Origin: Octopus vulgaris | Lineage: Eukaryota | NCBI GenBank assembly: GCA_951406725.2 | Contig: OX597825.1 | Span: 81,592,001 to 81,656,000 of the forward strand | Reading direction: 5' to 3' | DNA: 64,000 bases | Shown here: one piece after another, positions 1 to 16,677 of the stretch | How the letters are laid out: each line of letters opens with the position of its first letter | How positions within the stretch are numbered: the stretch's first letter is position 1 | Notes under the pieces: model-generated | Database searches by the model: none | The model's input: only the letters and a program-made list of their open reading frames with translations | What the model was told of the DNA's origin: nothing | Translations under genes and position numbers: made by a program

Positions 1-573
1 TGATCTTATCTCTATTTAGCCACAGGATTTCTTGTAAGAAAAAGTTGAACCGAAAATGCAGAAGTACGAAAAGTCCATGTCCCACGAAAAGTCCATAATG
101 ATTGTCAAGGAACTCACCAGGTGATTGTTGATCTCGTCGACATAATGGCGCACGGGAGACGCATTTTTATAGTCTGTGTTCAAATCATGGTAAGATTACC
201 TTTTTTGATAAAATGACTACTAACCATTTACTGAGTTCCAATTTAACTGAGTTGAAATAAGTCACTGTCACTCTCTGGCGAAAAGATCTTCTCTTGTGCC
301 ACTATCAAATCCCAAGACTGTCATTAAAACTTGAAAAGGCGTTTCGTTCCAGTGTGTTTTGATTTAACATATTACAAGGAGCACCTGTATAAAACAAGTG
401 TGAAGGATACAATAGAAACAACGGCAGATATCTGTGCAAAGTCAATATACATATTGTAGTAGTCGAAAGATGGTATCGTTCTCCCGTGGCATAATAGAAA
501 CTTCTCAATGTGTCTGCGTATCCCGAATATCTCTGATCTAGTATTTAAATAGAAATTATAACCTACCTTCTCT

Positions 574-622
<49 letters not shown>

Positions 623-1211
623 CCACTACCGTCATCATCACCACTACCGTCATCATCTCTGTTCTAGTGTTTAAATAGAAATTATACTCTATCTTCTCTC
701 ATGATGATGATGATGGTGGTCATCATGATCATGATGAGAATCATCATTACCATCATCATTATCGTCCCCATCATCATCATCATCAACAACATCATTATCA
801 TCAGCAGCAGCAGCTGCAGCAGCAACAGCATCAGCAATACCACTAACAGCAGCAGCGGCAGCATCGTCGTTTTCCTCCTACTCCTCATCCTCACCACCAC
901 CCCCATCCCCACCATCATCATCATCATCATTATACAACATCATCCTCATAATCGTCGTCCTCCACCATTGTCACCGCCATGGGGTCGGCGTTAGATTGAA
1001 TTCCTCGTAATACTTCATTGTGCTTCATTTCTCAATGTTTCGACCTTCCAATGTCCATCAGCCACGAACCTGTGATCATGAACTGTGACCGATGTAATCG
1101 ATATTGTCTCGTGTCCGTGTAAGAAGTCATCATTATTGTTATCATTATCATTCTTTTTCTTTTTATCTCAGGTTTTGTTCTAACTCCTGCAATCTTGCAT
1201 GCGTAGCGGGC

Positions 1212-1820
<609 letters not shown>

Positions 1821-2290
1821 TAAGTCGACGGTTCTTGCCATGACCTGTTGACTTGCAATCTTACTTTCACACGCATTCGTGAAGCACCGAAGCACCTCAC
1901 TCCCCACCCCCCGCACATTCACATACACGCTCACACACAAATACAAACATATAAGTATGTACAATCGCACGCACGCATACACGCATTCATCCAAACGCAC
2001 AGATAAATACAACGATGCATGCATAATTTCACACATACATACACACACATGAATTTTACGTACATATGCTCCAGTTGATTAGTATACGTATACCCACATA
2101 GTTAAACATACACTTACACACACACACCTATAAATGCAAAGATACGCGCGCACAAGCTTAAATAGAAAATAGATACACACTCAAACACAAATACGCATAC
2201 ACACACCTATGTATACACAGATACGTGCGCACAAGCTTAGATAGAAAGCAGATATACACTCACACACACACACACACACACTTATGTATA

Positions 2291-2523
2291 TATTTCTTTA
2301 CTACCCACAAGGGGCTGAACATAGAGGGGACAAACAAGGACAGACAAAGGGAGTAAGTCGATTACATCGACCCCAGCGCGAAACTGGTACTTTATTTATC
2401 GACCCCGAAAGGATGAAAGGCAAAGTCGACCTCGGCGGAATTTGAACTAAGAACGTAACGGCAGGCGAAATACCGCTGAGCATTTCGCCCGGCGCGCTAA
2501 CGTTTCTGCCAGCTCGCCGCCTT
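2291..2523 (-). mobile_element. Full-length tRNA-headed SINE, family A
   Basis: Minus strand reads AAGGCGGCGAGCTGGCAG (A-box-like) ... GTTCAAATTCCGCC (B box) ... GCCTTTCATCCTTTCGGGGTCGATAAA core ... GGGTAGTAAAGAAATA tail. Flanked by ACACA(C/T)ACTTATGTATA direct repeats (2274-2290, 2524-2540) consistent with a TSD. Confidence 0.9.
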
Positions 2524-2689
2524 ACACATACTTATGTATACACAGATACGTACGTACAAGCTTAAACAGAAAACAGATACACACACATACCTCTATATGC
2601 ACAAATACGTATAAACGTGCATAAATAGAAACCATACACATACACACACATGCACCCATGCTTACTCGACATCTGACGATCGTCCAAAA

Positions 2690-2990
2690 GGGACATTCTA
2701 TTGAAGATGAACACCTTATCTGGCCACAGCAATCCCCAGATATCAATATTATTGAACATTTATGGTGCATTTTAGAAAAACAAATAAGGAGTCGATATCC
2801 TCCACCATCATCACTGGAAGAGAACTGGAGAATGGACAAAAATTCCTTTGGAAACAATAAGAAATTTGTATGAGTCCATACCTCATAGAATTCAAGGTGT
2901 AATTACTGCCAAAGGCAGTCCTGCCCCGTATTAAAATAAATTTGTTTGAATTTTTAGGTGTTTCCATTATTTTGTTCAACCTCTATATAT
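2690..2990 (+). pseudogene. Tc1-type transposase 3' fragment with right terminus
   Basis: Translation WPQQSPDINIIEHLW matches the Tc1 WPxxSPDLNPIExxW motif. It ends GTTTCCATTATTTTGTTCAACCTC before (TA)n. Confidence 0.85.
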
Positions 2991-3019
2991 ATGTGTGTGT
3001 GTGTATGTGTGCATATATG

Positions 3020-3085
<66 letters not shown>

Positions 3086-3112
3086 TGTATACATATATAT
3101 ATATATATATAT

Positions 3113-3153
<41 letters not shown>

Positions 3154-3162
3154 CCTGCATAG

Positions 3163-3243
<81 letters not shown>

Positions 3244-3253
3244 TACATACATA

Positions 3254-3309
<56 letters not shown>

Positions 3310-3458
3310 AAGCATATGCGAATTCCTCTCACGCTCAATACATGGATACATGCACACACACACACATACACACACATATATATATATATATATTTAGAGA
3401 GAGAGAGAGAGAGAGAGATAAATACACTCACACATATATACATACATACATACATACA

Positions 3459-3489
<31 letters not shown>

Positions 3490-3552
3490 TATATATATAT
3501 ATATATATTGAAGCATATATAAATTCCTCTCACGCCCAATACATGGATACAT

Positions 3553-3598
<46 letters not shown>

Positions 3599-3970
3599 GC
3601 ACACGGAAGTTCACTAAAAACACACACAGACATTTTGGTCAATCGATGAAAAAGAAAAAAAAAAACGAAAGAAAATCTCCCTCCGGACGAAGAAGAGCTT
3701 TCTTCTTGTCCGTCCGTATCAAAACTTTCCCTACGAGATTCTCTTCTCTATTAAGACTTTCTCTCTCAATAATACAACAAAATCTATCAAAATTCAACAG
3801 AAATTTCCGGTTTTTATTTATCGTGAACAGTTGAGGCAATCGAGCGGAAAAGATCGAATTTGTCAGCGAGTTTTGTTGTTGGTTTTGTTGTTGAAGTAGT
3901 ATTATATTTATTTATATTTTCTTGTTGCTATTTCGTAATGGCTGTCGTTGTGAATGTCTGTCTGTACATG

Positions 3971-4003
<33 letters not shown>

Positions 4004-4072
4004 TGTGTTTGTATTTGTATGTGTGTACTGTGCGTATGTTGTGCGTATGTACACGAACGCATGATTGTCTCT

Positions 4073-4109
<37 letters not shown>

Positions 4110-4209
4110 CGTGTGTTTATGTGCAGTGTGTGTAGTATGTATGTGTTTGTGGGTATATGTGTGTTTGTATATATATATATATGTATGTGTGTATGTATTT
4201 ATATATATA

Positions 4210-4295
<86 letters not shown>

Positions 4296-4528
4296 TATAC
4301 GTTTGTATGTAGACTACGTGTGCACGAAGGGTTATCTATGTCTTTATGTGTGTGCGTGTGTATGAGTCTATGTATGTATTAGGTAGTATATGCGCGTATG
4401 TAGTCTGCGTGTGCACGAAGGGTTGTGTGTGTGTATCTGTACGTGTGAGAGTGTGTTTGTATGATGCATATGCATGGCAGTATTTGGACGTACATATATG
4501 TGTATAGGAATTGTCTGTTGTTTAATCT

Positions 4529-4564
<36 letters not shown>

Positions 4565-4567
4565 ACA

Positions 4568-5268
<701 letters not shown>

Positions 5269-5455
5269 TTATGAATTTATTTTGAAAGAAACCTGATGTG
5301 AAAATATTTTGGGATGGCCATTGTTATTTCTTGACAAATTAACACACGTTTATTATTGTCCTTATCTTATCTTATGTCCATTGTCCGGAAATCTTTCGTC
5401 ACTCATCTGTGACCACTTCAGCGACTTTTCCATCCCGCATGTCGCTTTCTACATT

Positions 5456-5519
<64 letters not shown>

Positions 5520-5540
5520 CATATATATATACATATATAT

Positions 5541-5619
<79 letters not shown>

Positions 5620-5664
5620 GTTTAAATATTTGGCTAAACTGGCAATATGACCATTCCGAAATAT

Positions 5665-5696
<32 letters not shown>

Positions 5697-5993
5697 GATC
5701 AGCAAAATTTAGATTCAGATGAATATGGTACTTAAGTTAAATGCACCAGAATTTGGTATGGTATTATCCATATAAATCAAATGGGGTGATTATAATCAAT
5801 ATAAGCAACAAGGATAACTGAGGTAGAGTAGTACAATTGTTTCATGCTACTTCATTTTATTAAACACTAGTGAATTTACAACTATCACGTTCTTAAGAAT
5901 GAAATCAACCTCTCTGTCTATATATCTACCCTCTTTATAATGTTGGCAAATGAAATAGAGATAAGTATGTCGGTTTGATTGGGAAATTCTATA

Positions 5994-6081
5994 AGTGGCT
6001 GAAGATTGCTCGACATTTTAAAACTGATGCAATACTTACAGTGTTTAATAAAATGAAGTAGCATAAAACAATTTTACTACT
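5994..6081 (+). ncRNA. Decayed type-I hammerhead ribozyme inside a Penelope-like remnant
   Basis: Stem I AGTGG/CTACT, core CTGAAGA, stem II TGCT..AGCA with a long insert, then (G>A)AAA-CAATT(G>T)-TA. The inverted copy at 5820-5868 preserves GAAA-CAATTG-TA. Confidence 0.55.
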
Positions 6082-6100
6082 CTACCTCGGATATACTTTT

Positions 6101-6173
<73 letters not shown>

Positions 6174-6635
6174 CTATGTATGTATGTATGTATGTATGTA
6201 TGTATGCATATATATATATATATGCGTTTTTTGTCTATGTCCCTTGACGAGCGTTCTCCTGAGGATTATGCCCATTGAGGCAGGAACATGCATCTACGAC
6301 TGAGCTCATATCTCCACACGTTAAACCTGTCCTTTCCTCTAACGCCATATCAACTTGATTCTTGACATTATCTCCTCTTTTAATCTGGATCCGGGCTCAA
6401 ATGCCATTTTGGTAACTTTGACTCATCCTACATAGGTTCGAATATAACTTCAATAAATCAGAATTCACATTGTATTGTATTTCACACACCTGTATAGGTC
6501 TATTTCGTTCACATGTACACCATTGGTCACTCTGGGTCATTTCCTATTCACTCATTTTTGCCAATATATGTGTGTGTATAAATTGATGCTTATTCAATGG
6601 AAGCGATGAATTACAGGACTCAATACCAGTGCATA

Positions 6636-6678
<43 letters not shown>

Positions 6679-6898
6679 ATGTGTGTGTGTATGTATGTAT
6701 GTATGTATGTATGTATGTATGTATGTATGTATGTATATGTGTGTATGTATATATATGTGTGTATGTATGTATGTATGTATGTATGTATGTATGTATGTAT
6801 GTATGTATATATGCATGAGTGTGTGTGTGTGTGTGTGCGCGTTAGTTTGTTGTTTCCGTTTTCGCTATTGTTTTTAAATTCTTCTTTTCTATCCCCAC

Positions 6899-6959
<61 letters not shown>

Positions 6960-7486
6960 TTCCTCTATTTTTTCTTTCCCGTTATGTTGTTTTGTTTTCC
7001 GTGCGTTACCTCACGTCCGTGCTATCTTATTTTCATCACATCATCACATCATCACATCACCAGATAGCGATGTTCAACGGAGAGGAACGAACACGAGAGA
7101 GGCGAAGAGCGAGAGAGAGAGAGAGGGAGAATGGGGGGAAAGGAAAAGAGGGGGTGAGAGGGAGAGAAAACAAGAAATGCTTGGCCCATGTTTTGTCTGT
7201 GCAAGTCTCTTCACCCACCGCAAGGATACCACATGTCGTGTGTGTACATGTTCAGTTTGTCATACTCCCATACGTTGTCTGCTTATGCACGTGGATATGT
7301 ATATATACATACGTATATGCACATACATATATATATATATAAATGTGCATACACACACACACAAACATATGTATATTCATATATATATATTCATATATGT
7401 ATATGCACGCATATATATATCTGCATACACACACACATATATATATATTTATATATGTATATATATATAATATATATATATATATG

Positions 7487-7586
<100 letters not shown>

Positions 7587-7688
7587 TACACATATACATA
7601 TGTATATACATGCATATATGTATGTGAAGATATATATCTTGAAAGAGATATAGATTTAGATATAGATATATGCACTTATATATATATT

Positions 7689-7720
<32 letters not shown>

Positions 7721-7872
7721 TGTATGTATGTATGTATATACATACGCATATACTTACATGCGTATGCCAACATACATGAATACATATATATATAAATATA
7801 TGCACGCATATACCCACGTATACATTCATACATACTTATCCATATAGTCTTACGTACACATACGCACACACA

Positions 7873-7922
<50 letters not shown>

Positions 7923-9916
7923 TAAACATACATGTATATGTGTGGCTTATCCTTGGTCGTTGTTCATCCATAATATATGTCTTATCTCTGATTAATTCCT
8001 ACAAATGCTTATGTATATAATTTGTCATGGGTATATAACTGTGTATATAATTCGTCACGGGTATCTCCAACTATTTTCCAAAATCATTTCCCCGTATAAA
8101 TACATAACAAGTCACGTTAAACTTCTTTAACTTCCTTTTGTTATCCATTTCTTTCCTCCCCCGGGTATTAAAAGGGTATTTCTTGCATTTATTTATTTTC
8201 TGATTATCTCCTTTTACACAATTATTTCACGTCTCTCCATCTTTGCCGTGCGTTATTTTTTTCTCCTCTTTTCTACATCACTCTCGGTTTCGTTGTTATA
8301 TTTGTGGTCATGTATATATATATGTATTTGTGTGTATTATTATTTATCTACGCACACATGTGTACATGTGTGTTTGTGTGCTTGTGTGTGTGTTTGTGTG
8401 TTTTATTTTGTTTAGTTTATTTATTTATTTATTTTATTCTTTTAAATTTTTTATTAGAAGCCATTTTGTTCCAAACGTTTATCAGTTTTGTTGGTGCATT
8501 CACCGATAATAACAGCTTATAAAAAACATATACAGGCAAGCATTCATTTTCTTTTTTATTGGTTTCAGCCAGAGCCTGTGGCCATGCTGGGGCACCACCC
8601 TTACTTTTGCAAATTATTTTTCATATATTTGTAAAAAAAAAAAAAAGAAGCAAAACAAAACAGATGTGAAAGAGCACCATGAACGTAATAAAAAGCATCG
8701 TACACAGATTCAGGTAAATATCCACAGCATGGTCCTCCGCTCTGCTAAAAATAATAGCTGAATACCCTACCTTTTAAAAATTAGATAAGGTGTGATTAGA
8801 TTCACTTTGTCTGAACAAAACAAAAAAAAAGTAAATAAATGAATAAGTAGGAATGGACATGGTTGGAATGTATATGATCGTGCGTTTGTTTGATCTTGGC
8901 TAAACTTGTCTTAAACAACAATAACAGCAGCAGCAGCGGCCGTCCAAGAATTTGGACCTGGAGATCTCCATTTCCAGCGACTTCGAGGGCCACCTCCCAG
9001 TGGTGTCGGGCGTCAACGAAGAGCCCTCGACTACAACAAGACGACCAAAGTTTTATTTTTTACCCAAGGTCTGGGGTTTCCCGCCCCTAAGCCCTAGACC
9101 ATCACCTAATCACCTTACCCGTCTTGTTGATTAACAACAACAGCAACAACAACAACAACAACCACCAATGGATCCTAATGATCGCAATTAGATATTTGGC
9201 CGACTACCTACGTCTATAGTATACTTGTTAAGGGCTGACCTGGGTTAAGCAATAAAGGTAATCCTATCCGATTTTATTTTTATTAGGGAAGAAGGCAGTG
9301 CTAATGACCCTTTACATGGCTGCCAAGATTGGTAAGAAGGCAGGAGAAATGGAAGAATATATCTTCAAACCAAAGATTTGGCTCGAGTTCTTACAACAAA
9401 ACAGGATCCGCTAAAGCTACCCAAGTATACTAAGCCCATTAACAGAGTAAGTCTGCGACTCAGTATTGCATCTACCAAGAAATACAGCTTCGTTTCCCAT
9501 AATTTCGTTCGTCGGTGCTGCAAGACATTAAGATTCTATTATGCCCCCGAAAGGCATTCTTATAAGAAAATAGGTTGCCTTACCTTCTTCAAAAAATTAA
9601 AATAGCAAATGTCTTTCTTTCGTATCTAGTTTCTATTTACTCTGAGAAGAGACTACGACATCAATCCAGCACAACATCTAATTGGTCATAAAGAGATTTA
9701 CTGCCTCGTTCTGAATATTTAACCAAATTAGTTTCTTAGTCTTGTATTTGGATTACACCCCTGACTCAGATTATCTGGTCGATTAGTTCAATACAATTTC
9801 CAATAGCTACTTAATTGTCCTTGGATAACTTCTGTTGATCAGAGTTTTGCAACTTAGTGAATGTGAAACTCAGCCATATTGTACTTAGCAAGATCAGCAA
9901 TACTAGAACCAGGTCA

Positions 9917-10030
9917 AGGCAGCGAGCTGGCAGAAGCGTTAGCACGTCGAGCAAAATGTTTATCGGTATTTCGTCTTTTCGTCCTGAGTTCAAATTCCGC
10001 CGAGGTCCCCTTTGGCTTTCATCATTTCAG
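9917..10030 (+). mobile_element. SINE family A, 5' fragment
   Basis: AAGGCAGCGAGCTGGCAGAAGCGTTAGCACG...GAGTTCAAATTCCGCCGAGG matches the 2291-2523 copy. Confidence 0.85.
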
Positions 10031-10492
10031 TGACCATTTAGAAGGCTGACCCAGAGTATATTCTTTTAGCCATTTATTACCAGCGTCACTAAATCTTCTC
10101 AGTTCCGTCAGTCTCACCTCTCTCCCTCACCTTTCCTAATTCAGTGCCTAAGACAGTGCCTCCTTCTTCGCATTCACTTTGCCCCTCAAGTGATTCTTGA
10201 AGAAATTACTTAAGCCTTGGCTAGAGAGAAAAATCCTAAACGTTAAACCTTATAATCAACATCTATCACCACAGCGATGAGGCGAAGATTATTGTGGTTA
10301 TTGTGCCGTGAATTACAGACATTTGCCAGTTTCTGACTATATTACAGACAACAAGCTCCAGCCTCTTGGCGAACCGCGATATGGCGAGGCATTACTATAT
10401 ATACATACATATATATACATATATACATACATATGCATGAATTTGTATATATTCTTACACACACATACACACACACACATATATATATATAT

Positions 10493-10836
<344 letters not shown>

Positions 10837-10844
10837 CACATATA

Positions 10845-12176
10845 CAGGGTGTATATGTGTATACACATATATAATTTGATATCATTTGAGATGCAAATAT
10901 CACAGAAATTACACAGGCAAAACGAATGAAACTAAACAGGCTGAATGTTGAGCAACATAGGATTTATTCCTCCAAATTTGAATGTGAATTTCGAATGTAT
11001 GTGGGTTTCGTTTAAGATTTCATAAATGTTTACTATGCGCACCGCTTGAGACACGGCACACGTCAATTCGGTTGTTCAGCTCCGCCCAGACACGCTGCAG
11101 CATGTTTTGGGTAACAGTCTCCAGTCTAGTAGTGATTCTCTGCTCAAGTTCCTCTAGGTTTGCAGGAAGAGTGGGGACATAAACCAGGCCCTTCACATAG
11201 CCCCAGAGAAGAAAATCGCAAGGTGTCAGGTCAGGTGAACGTGGTGGCCATTTCAACAGCACATTGTCCTTCATCACCAGCACGTCCGATCCATCTCCCC
11301 TGGAGATTGTCATTGAGATTAAACCCGCACAGTGAGTTTCCAGTGAGGTGGAGCCCCTGTCTTGTTGAAAAAGGAAGTTTTCATGTTCATTTTGCAATGT
11401 GTTCATCTATTAGCCAGTTCTGAAGCATTTGCAGATAAACATCACCGGTCACATTTTCCTCAAAGAAAAACGGGCCATGAATATGCTTCTTGGAGATGGC
11501 TCAGAACACATTCACTTTTGGTGAGTTCCTCTCATGCTCAACTGTGGCATGGGGATTTTCTTCGCCCCAAATGCGAACATCATGTTTAGTGACTTTGCCA
11601 TTCGTATGAAATGTGGCCTCATCACTGAAAACAAGACGTTCCTTGAACTCGGCTTCTTCAAGTTTCTCTTGCATATCAACACAGAATTGTTTGCGGTTTC
11701 GCTTATCATCTGCCGTTATGGCCTGAACGAGCTGCAGCTTGTCGGGTTTCATTACCAAGCGTATCCTCAGAACGCGCCAAACTGTCGTTGGAGGAATCTG
11801 GGTTTCCGGACTTGTTCTTCTTATCCGATTTTAGCGGTCGTCCAGAATCTTTTACCCTGCACAGACAGCCTTCCTCTTTGAATTTTTTGTACCATGTCCA
11901 AATCTGCATCGCGATAGGTGACTTTTTTTTAGAGAACTCTCTCATAAATGCACGCTGCAGTCTTGTTCGATTGTGTTCGAGAATACTCCAGCAGACAAAA
12001 CACCTTTTCTCTTCCAGTGAATGCCATTTCTATACCTGAAAAGATAAACATATCAAACATTAAACATAAAATTTTGACCTGTTTCTATAAATGCAGTTAA
12101 AGTTTGAAGTCATTTGAACAAGAACTGGTAAAGTTATTAGATTGCGAAATTATATCAAATTTTTTGAAATACCCTG
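10845..12176 (-). mobile_element. Near full-length decayed Tc1/mariner element (DD41D/rosa-like)
   Basis: Ends CAGGGT.../...ACCCTG with a shared AATTTGATAT sub-terminal motif. It contains a frameshifted transposase. Confidence 0.9.
11020..12027 (-). pseudogene. Frameshifted DDD transposase
   Basis: Start MAFTGREKVFCLLEYSRTQS. Motifs VFSDEATF, FQQD and WPPRSPDLTPCDFLLWGYVK are spread over ORFs 11706-11945, 11501-11758 and 11020-11406. Confidence 0.92.
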
Positions 12177-12699
12177 TGTATGTATGTATGTATGTATATG
12201 TATGCATGTATGTATATGTATGTATGAATATATATGTATGTAAGTATGTATGTATGTACGTATGTATGTATGTGTGTATGTATGAAAGAATGTATGTATG
12301 TATATGTATGTATGAATGTATTTACGTATAGATGTATGTATGTATGTATGTATGTACATATGTATGTACCCATGCACCCATGTACATACATTTACGCACA
12401 CAAACACATTTGTATTTAATATATTCCCACATTATTCAACAATTTATTTATTCGTATTTTATATCCCACCCCACCTCCTCTATCATCACCTCCCTCTACA
12501 CCTACACCCATATATCTTTTAAGATCCCTGACCCCTAAACACTCCTTCTACCACACTATATTTCTACCTAATCTTTCTTTTTCACTTATTTTTGACTTTT
12601 TATCTTTATTTTTATCTGACATTCTTTATTATTATTATCAGCATCAGAATATTCTCATCTTTCGCCCTCGTGGCAAAAAACAAAAAATGAAATCATTAT

Positions 12700-12707
12700 C
12701 ATTATTA

Positions 12708-12771
<64 letters not shown>

Positions 12772-12975
12772 CAACCTTCTGCCCCTTCTTTTTACATTCT
12801 TCTTCTTCTTCTTCTTCTTCTTCTTCTTCTTCTTCTTCTTCTTCTTCTTCTTCTTCTTCTTCTTCTTCTTCTTCTTCTTCTTCTTCTTCTTCTTCTTCTT
12901 CTTCTTCTTCTTCTTCTTCTTCATATTATTATTATTATTGTTATTATTATTATCATTATTATTATTATCATCATC
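12700..12975. repeat. (ATT)n and (TTC)n microsatellites
   Basis: Direct observation; source of the poly-K/poly-S ORFs. Confidence 0.95.
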
Positions 12976-13399
12976 ATTTCTATCATTATTGTTATTGTTA
13001 CTGTTGTCGTTATCATCATCATCATCATCTTCATCGCCACCGCCACCCGCATCACCTCTACCATCAAACTCTACATCAACATCCACTGCTGTCTCTACTA
13101 TCACCGTACCAAACATCACCGCCTCTAACACTGCCTCTACTACCACTTCTACCATTATTACCACCACCACTATCACCACAACTACCAGCTCCACCACCAT
13201 CACTAACACCAGTAGCATCCTCATCACAACCACAAACACCACCCGTACAATTAACACCATCACCACCGCCACCTCCAAATCTTGCAACACCATCACCAAT
13301 CACTGCCAACCACTACAACCTCTACTACCACTACTACTATTAATTCTATTAATAGCACTGCTGCTACTACTACTACTACTACTACAACTAATAATAAGA

Positions 13400-13963
13400 C
13401 TTTCTACTCTAGGCACAAGGCCTGAAATTTGGGGAAGGGGAGATAGTCGATTACATTGACCTCAGTACACAACTGGTACTTAATTTATCGACCCCGAAAG
13501 GATAAAAGGCAAAGTCGACCTTGGCGGAATTTGAACTCAGGGCATAGATACAGACGAAATACCTATTTCTTTACTACCCCCAAGGGGCCAAACACAGAGG
13601 GGACAAACAAGGACAGACAAATGGATTAAGTCGATTATATCGACCCCAGTGCGAAACTGGCACTTATTTAATCGACCACGAATGGATGAAAGGCAAAGTC
13701 GACCTCGGCGGAATTTGAACTCAGAACGTAAAGACAGACAAAATACCTATTTCTTTACTACCCCCAAGGGGCCAAACACAGAGGGGACAAACAAGGACAG
13801 ACAAACGGATTAAGTCGATTATATCGACCCCAGTGCGAAACTGGCACTTATTTAATCGACCACGAATGGATGAAAGGCAAAGTCGACCTCGGCGGAATTT
13901 GAACTCAGAACGTAGCGGCAGACGAAATACCGCTAAGCATTTCGCCTGGTGGGCTAACGATTC
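13400..13963 (-). mobile_element. SINE family A head-to-tail trimer (184-bp period)
   Basis: Tails start at 13564 and 13748. The third unit (13400-13563) has the alternative GGCCTTGTGCCTAGAGTAGAAAG tail. Confidence 0.9.
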
Positions 13964-14277
13964 ATTGATTTGCCATAAGGGCGTAACATGCGGGGTGGGG
14001 ATGAAAAAAACAGATATAAAGATTGGAGGTTTACATATAATGAAATGATAATTAAAAAATTTAATTTTATATAAGTGAAAGTAAATATAAACGGTATAAA
14101 CTGGAAAAAGGGACATATGCATAGCATTCAAAGGGTTAAAATAAAGGGGAGGATGATAAAAATGTGGCCCTCTAGGGGTCATCGACGAACCCCCACTGTC
14201 CGAGATTTCCCTAAAATCCCAGGAGCAACTGCCCTCTCCAATTCCTTCTCTCTGAGTGCCGATGCTGCTGTTGCTGT

Positions 14278-14367
<90 letters not shown>

Positions 14368-15112
14368 GCAATTTAACACTACTTCCTCCATCACCACCCC
14401 TACGACCAAAATCACTTGAATCCTTACTATCGCTACGGTATTCACCCCGACGATCACCACCGCCACCGCCACCATCACCACCGTATCCACGACTGCCACG
14501 ATCACCACCACAACTACTACCCACCACAACTACTACCCACCACAATCACTGCCACCACTACTACCATAATCACCACTACTACTACTGCTACTAATACTAC
14601 TACCATCACTGCCACTTCCATCTCGACCACTATCACCTCCACTGCCACGTCTACCTTGACCATCACCACCACCACCACCACCACCATCACCACAACCACT
14701 ACCACCACCACCATCAACACCACCGCCACCACCACCACCACGAACCACCACCACCACCACCACCATCACCACCACCACTACCACCACCACCATCACCACC
14801 ACCACCACAACCACCACGATCACCACTATAACAACAAACAGCACCCCTCACCATCTCTCTTCTTTACCCACCCATCCACCCACCCATCCATCCATCCATA
14901 CATCCATCCATCCATCCATTATGACCTCTCTTCCAGCATCCCTCGTCACGCATCGCATCAGTCATGTAAACATAACACACAGATAATTCCTGTTTAGTTT
15001 TATCACACGCCATTACATAACATCTGAGATAGAAGAAGGGGGGGCAGGCGGGTGGAGGGGGGGCAGAGGCGGGGCGGCTCGTGCGACTCCTTTGCTTTTT
15101 CGCTACACTTGT

Positions 15113-15153
<41 letters not shown>

Positions 15154-15244
15154 TATTGTTGTTGTTGTTCTGTGGTGTTGGTTTGCTTCGTAGAAGTCGA
15201 TGATTTTTTTTTCACTGCCATCACCATCATCATCATCGCCGTCG

Positions 15245-15275
<31 letters not shown>

Positions 15276-15503
15276 CATCATCATCACCGTCATCATCATC
15301 GTCGTCGTCGTTGTGATTTTCGTTTTTGCTCTTGTCGTTGTTGTTGTTATACATTATGTGTCTCTCCTGAGGTTTGAACCAATAGCTTCCATCAGCGAGA
15401 AACTCCAGGGATTTTAAATTCTTGTTATTTATTATTATTATTATTTATTATTATTATTATTATTATTATTTATTGTTATTATTATTATTATTATTATTAT
15501 TTA

Positions 15504-15604
<101 letters not shown>

Positions 15605-16433
15605 CATAACATTATTAATATTTTTTAATATTATTTCCCCCTTTTTCTTCTCCCTACAAATCTTGCTTCTATTCTCTCTCCTTCTCTCTCTCTCCCCTCT
15701 TTTTTGTCTTCTTCCTTTCTTTCTTCCTTTCTTCCCTCATCTTTCTCCCTGTCCACTTCCTCTTCTATTTCTTCCTCTCTTCTCTTCTTCTCTTCTTCTT
15801 CTCTTCCAGTCCCCACTCCCGCTCTTTTCTATTTCCACTTCAAATAATTTTTCTTTCCATTTTTTCTCTCTTTTCTACTGTTTTCATCCATCTTCTGTCT
15901 GCCTGTCTGTCTGTCCGTTCGTCCGCCTGTCCGTCTGTCTGTATGGCCCTATTGCTCTCCAACCCACCCCAACATTTTTCTCTCCCTCACTTACAATGTA
16001 CACACATACATTCATACACACACACACAAAAACACTCACCAGCCCGCTCACATACGCATACTTATTACATGCATATATGCATACCTACACAAACTTATAT
16101 GCATATATATAGGCATGTATTTATTTGTATATGTATACACATATATATACACATACTTATATATATACATGCATATATATATATATCCACATTCTAATGC
16201 CCTTATACCTGCAGATACAGATACCCTAATGCATGTATGTACGAATGCATGGTCACACACACACAAACACCTGAGTATTTTTGTGTGTATATATGTATAA
16301 TATATATATGTATATATATATATATGTATATATATATATCATATATATATATATATATATATATATGCATGTATATTTATTTGTGTATTCATATATATAT
16401 GTGTACATATATATACACATACATATATTCAGT

Positions 16434-16487
<54 letters not shown>

Positions 16488-16557
16488 CACACACATATAT
16501 ATATATGTATACATATATATGCATGTATATCTGTATATACATATATATACATGTATG

Positions 16558-16605
<48 letters not shown>

Positions 16606-16609
16606 TGTA

Positions 16610-16677
<68 letters not shown>

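Noticed and set aside
3307-3560. 50-bp local duplication (similar cases at 527/655 and 38865/38985)
   Set aside because: Ordinary slippage-type duplications between microsatellites.
3686-3713. Small hairpin GGACGAAGAAGA-GCTT-TCTTCTTGTCC
   Set aside because: Short and built from purine/pyrimidine low-complexity sequence; expected by chance.
9270-10260. Possible old LINE remnants or exon
   Set aside because: No recognisable motif could be supported by eye; it needs BLASTx.
12655-15000. Mucin-like or His/Pro-rich ORFs (also 27.0-27.6, 40.1-42.1, 45.1-45.8 kb)
   Set aside because: These are degenerate (CAC/GGT)n tracts open in several frames on both strands, with no exon evidence.
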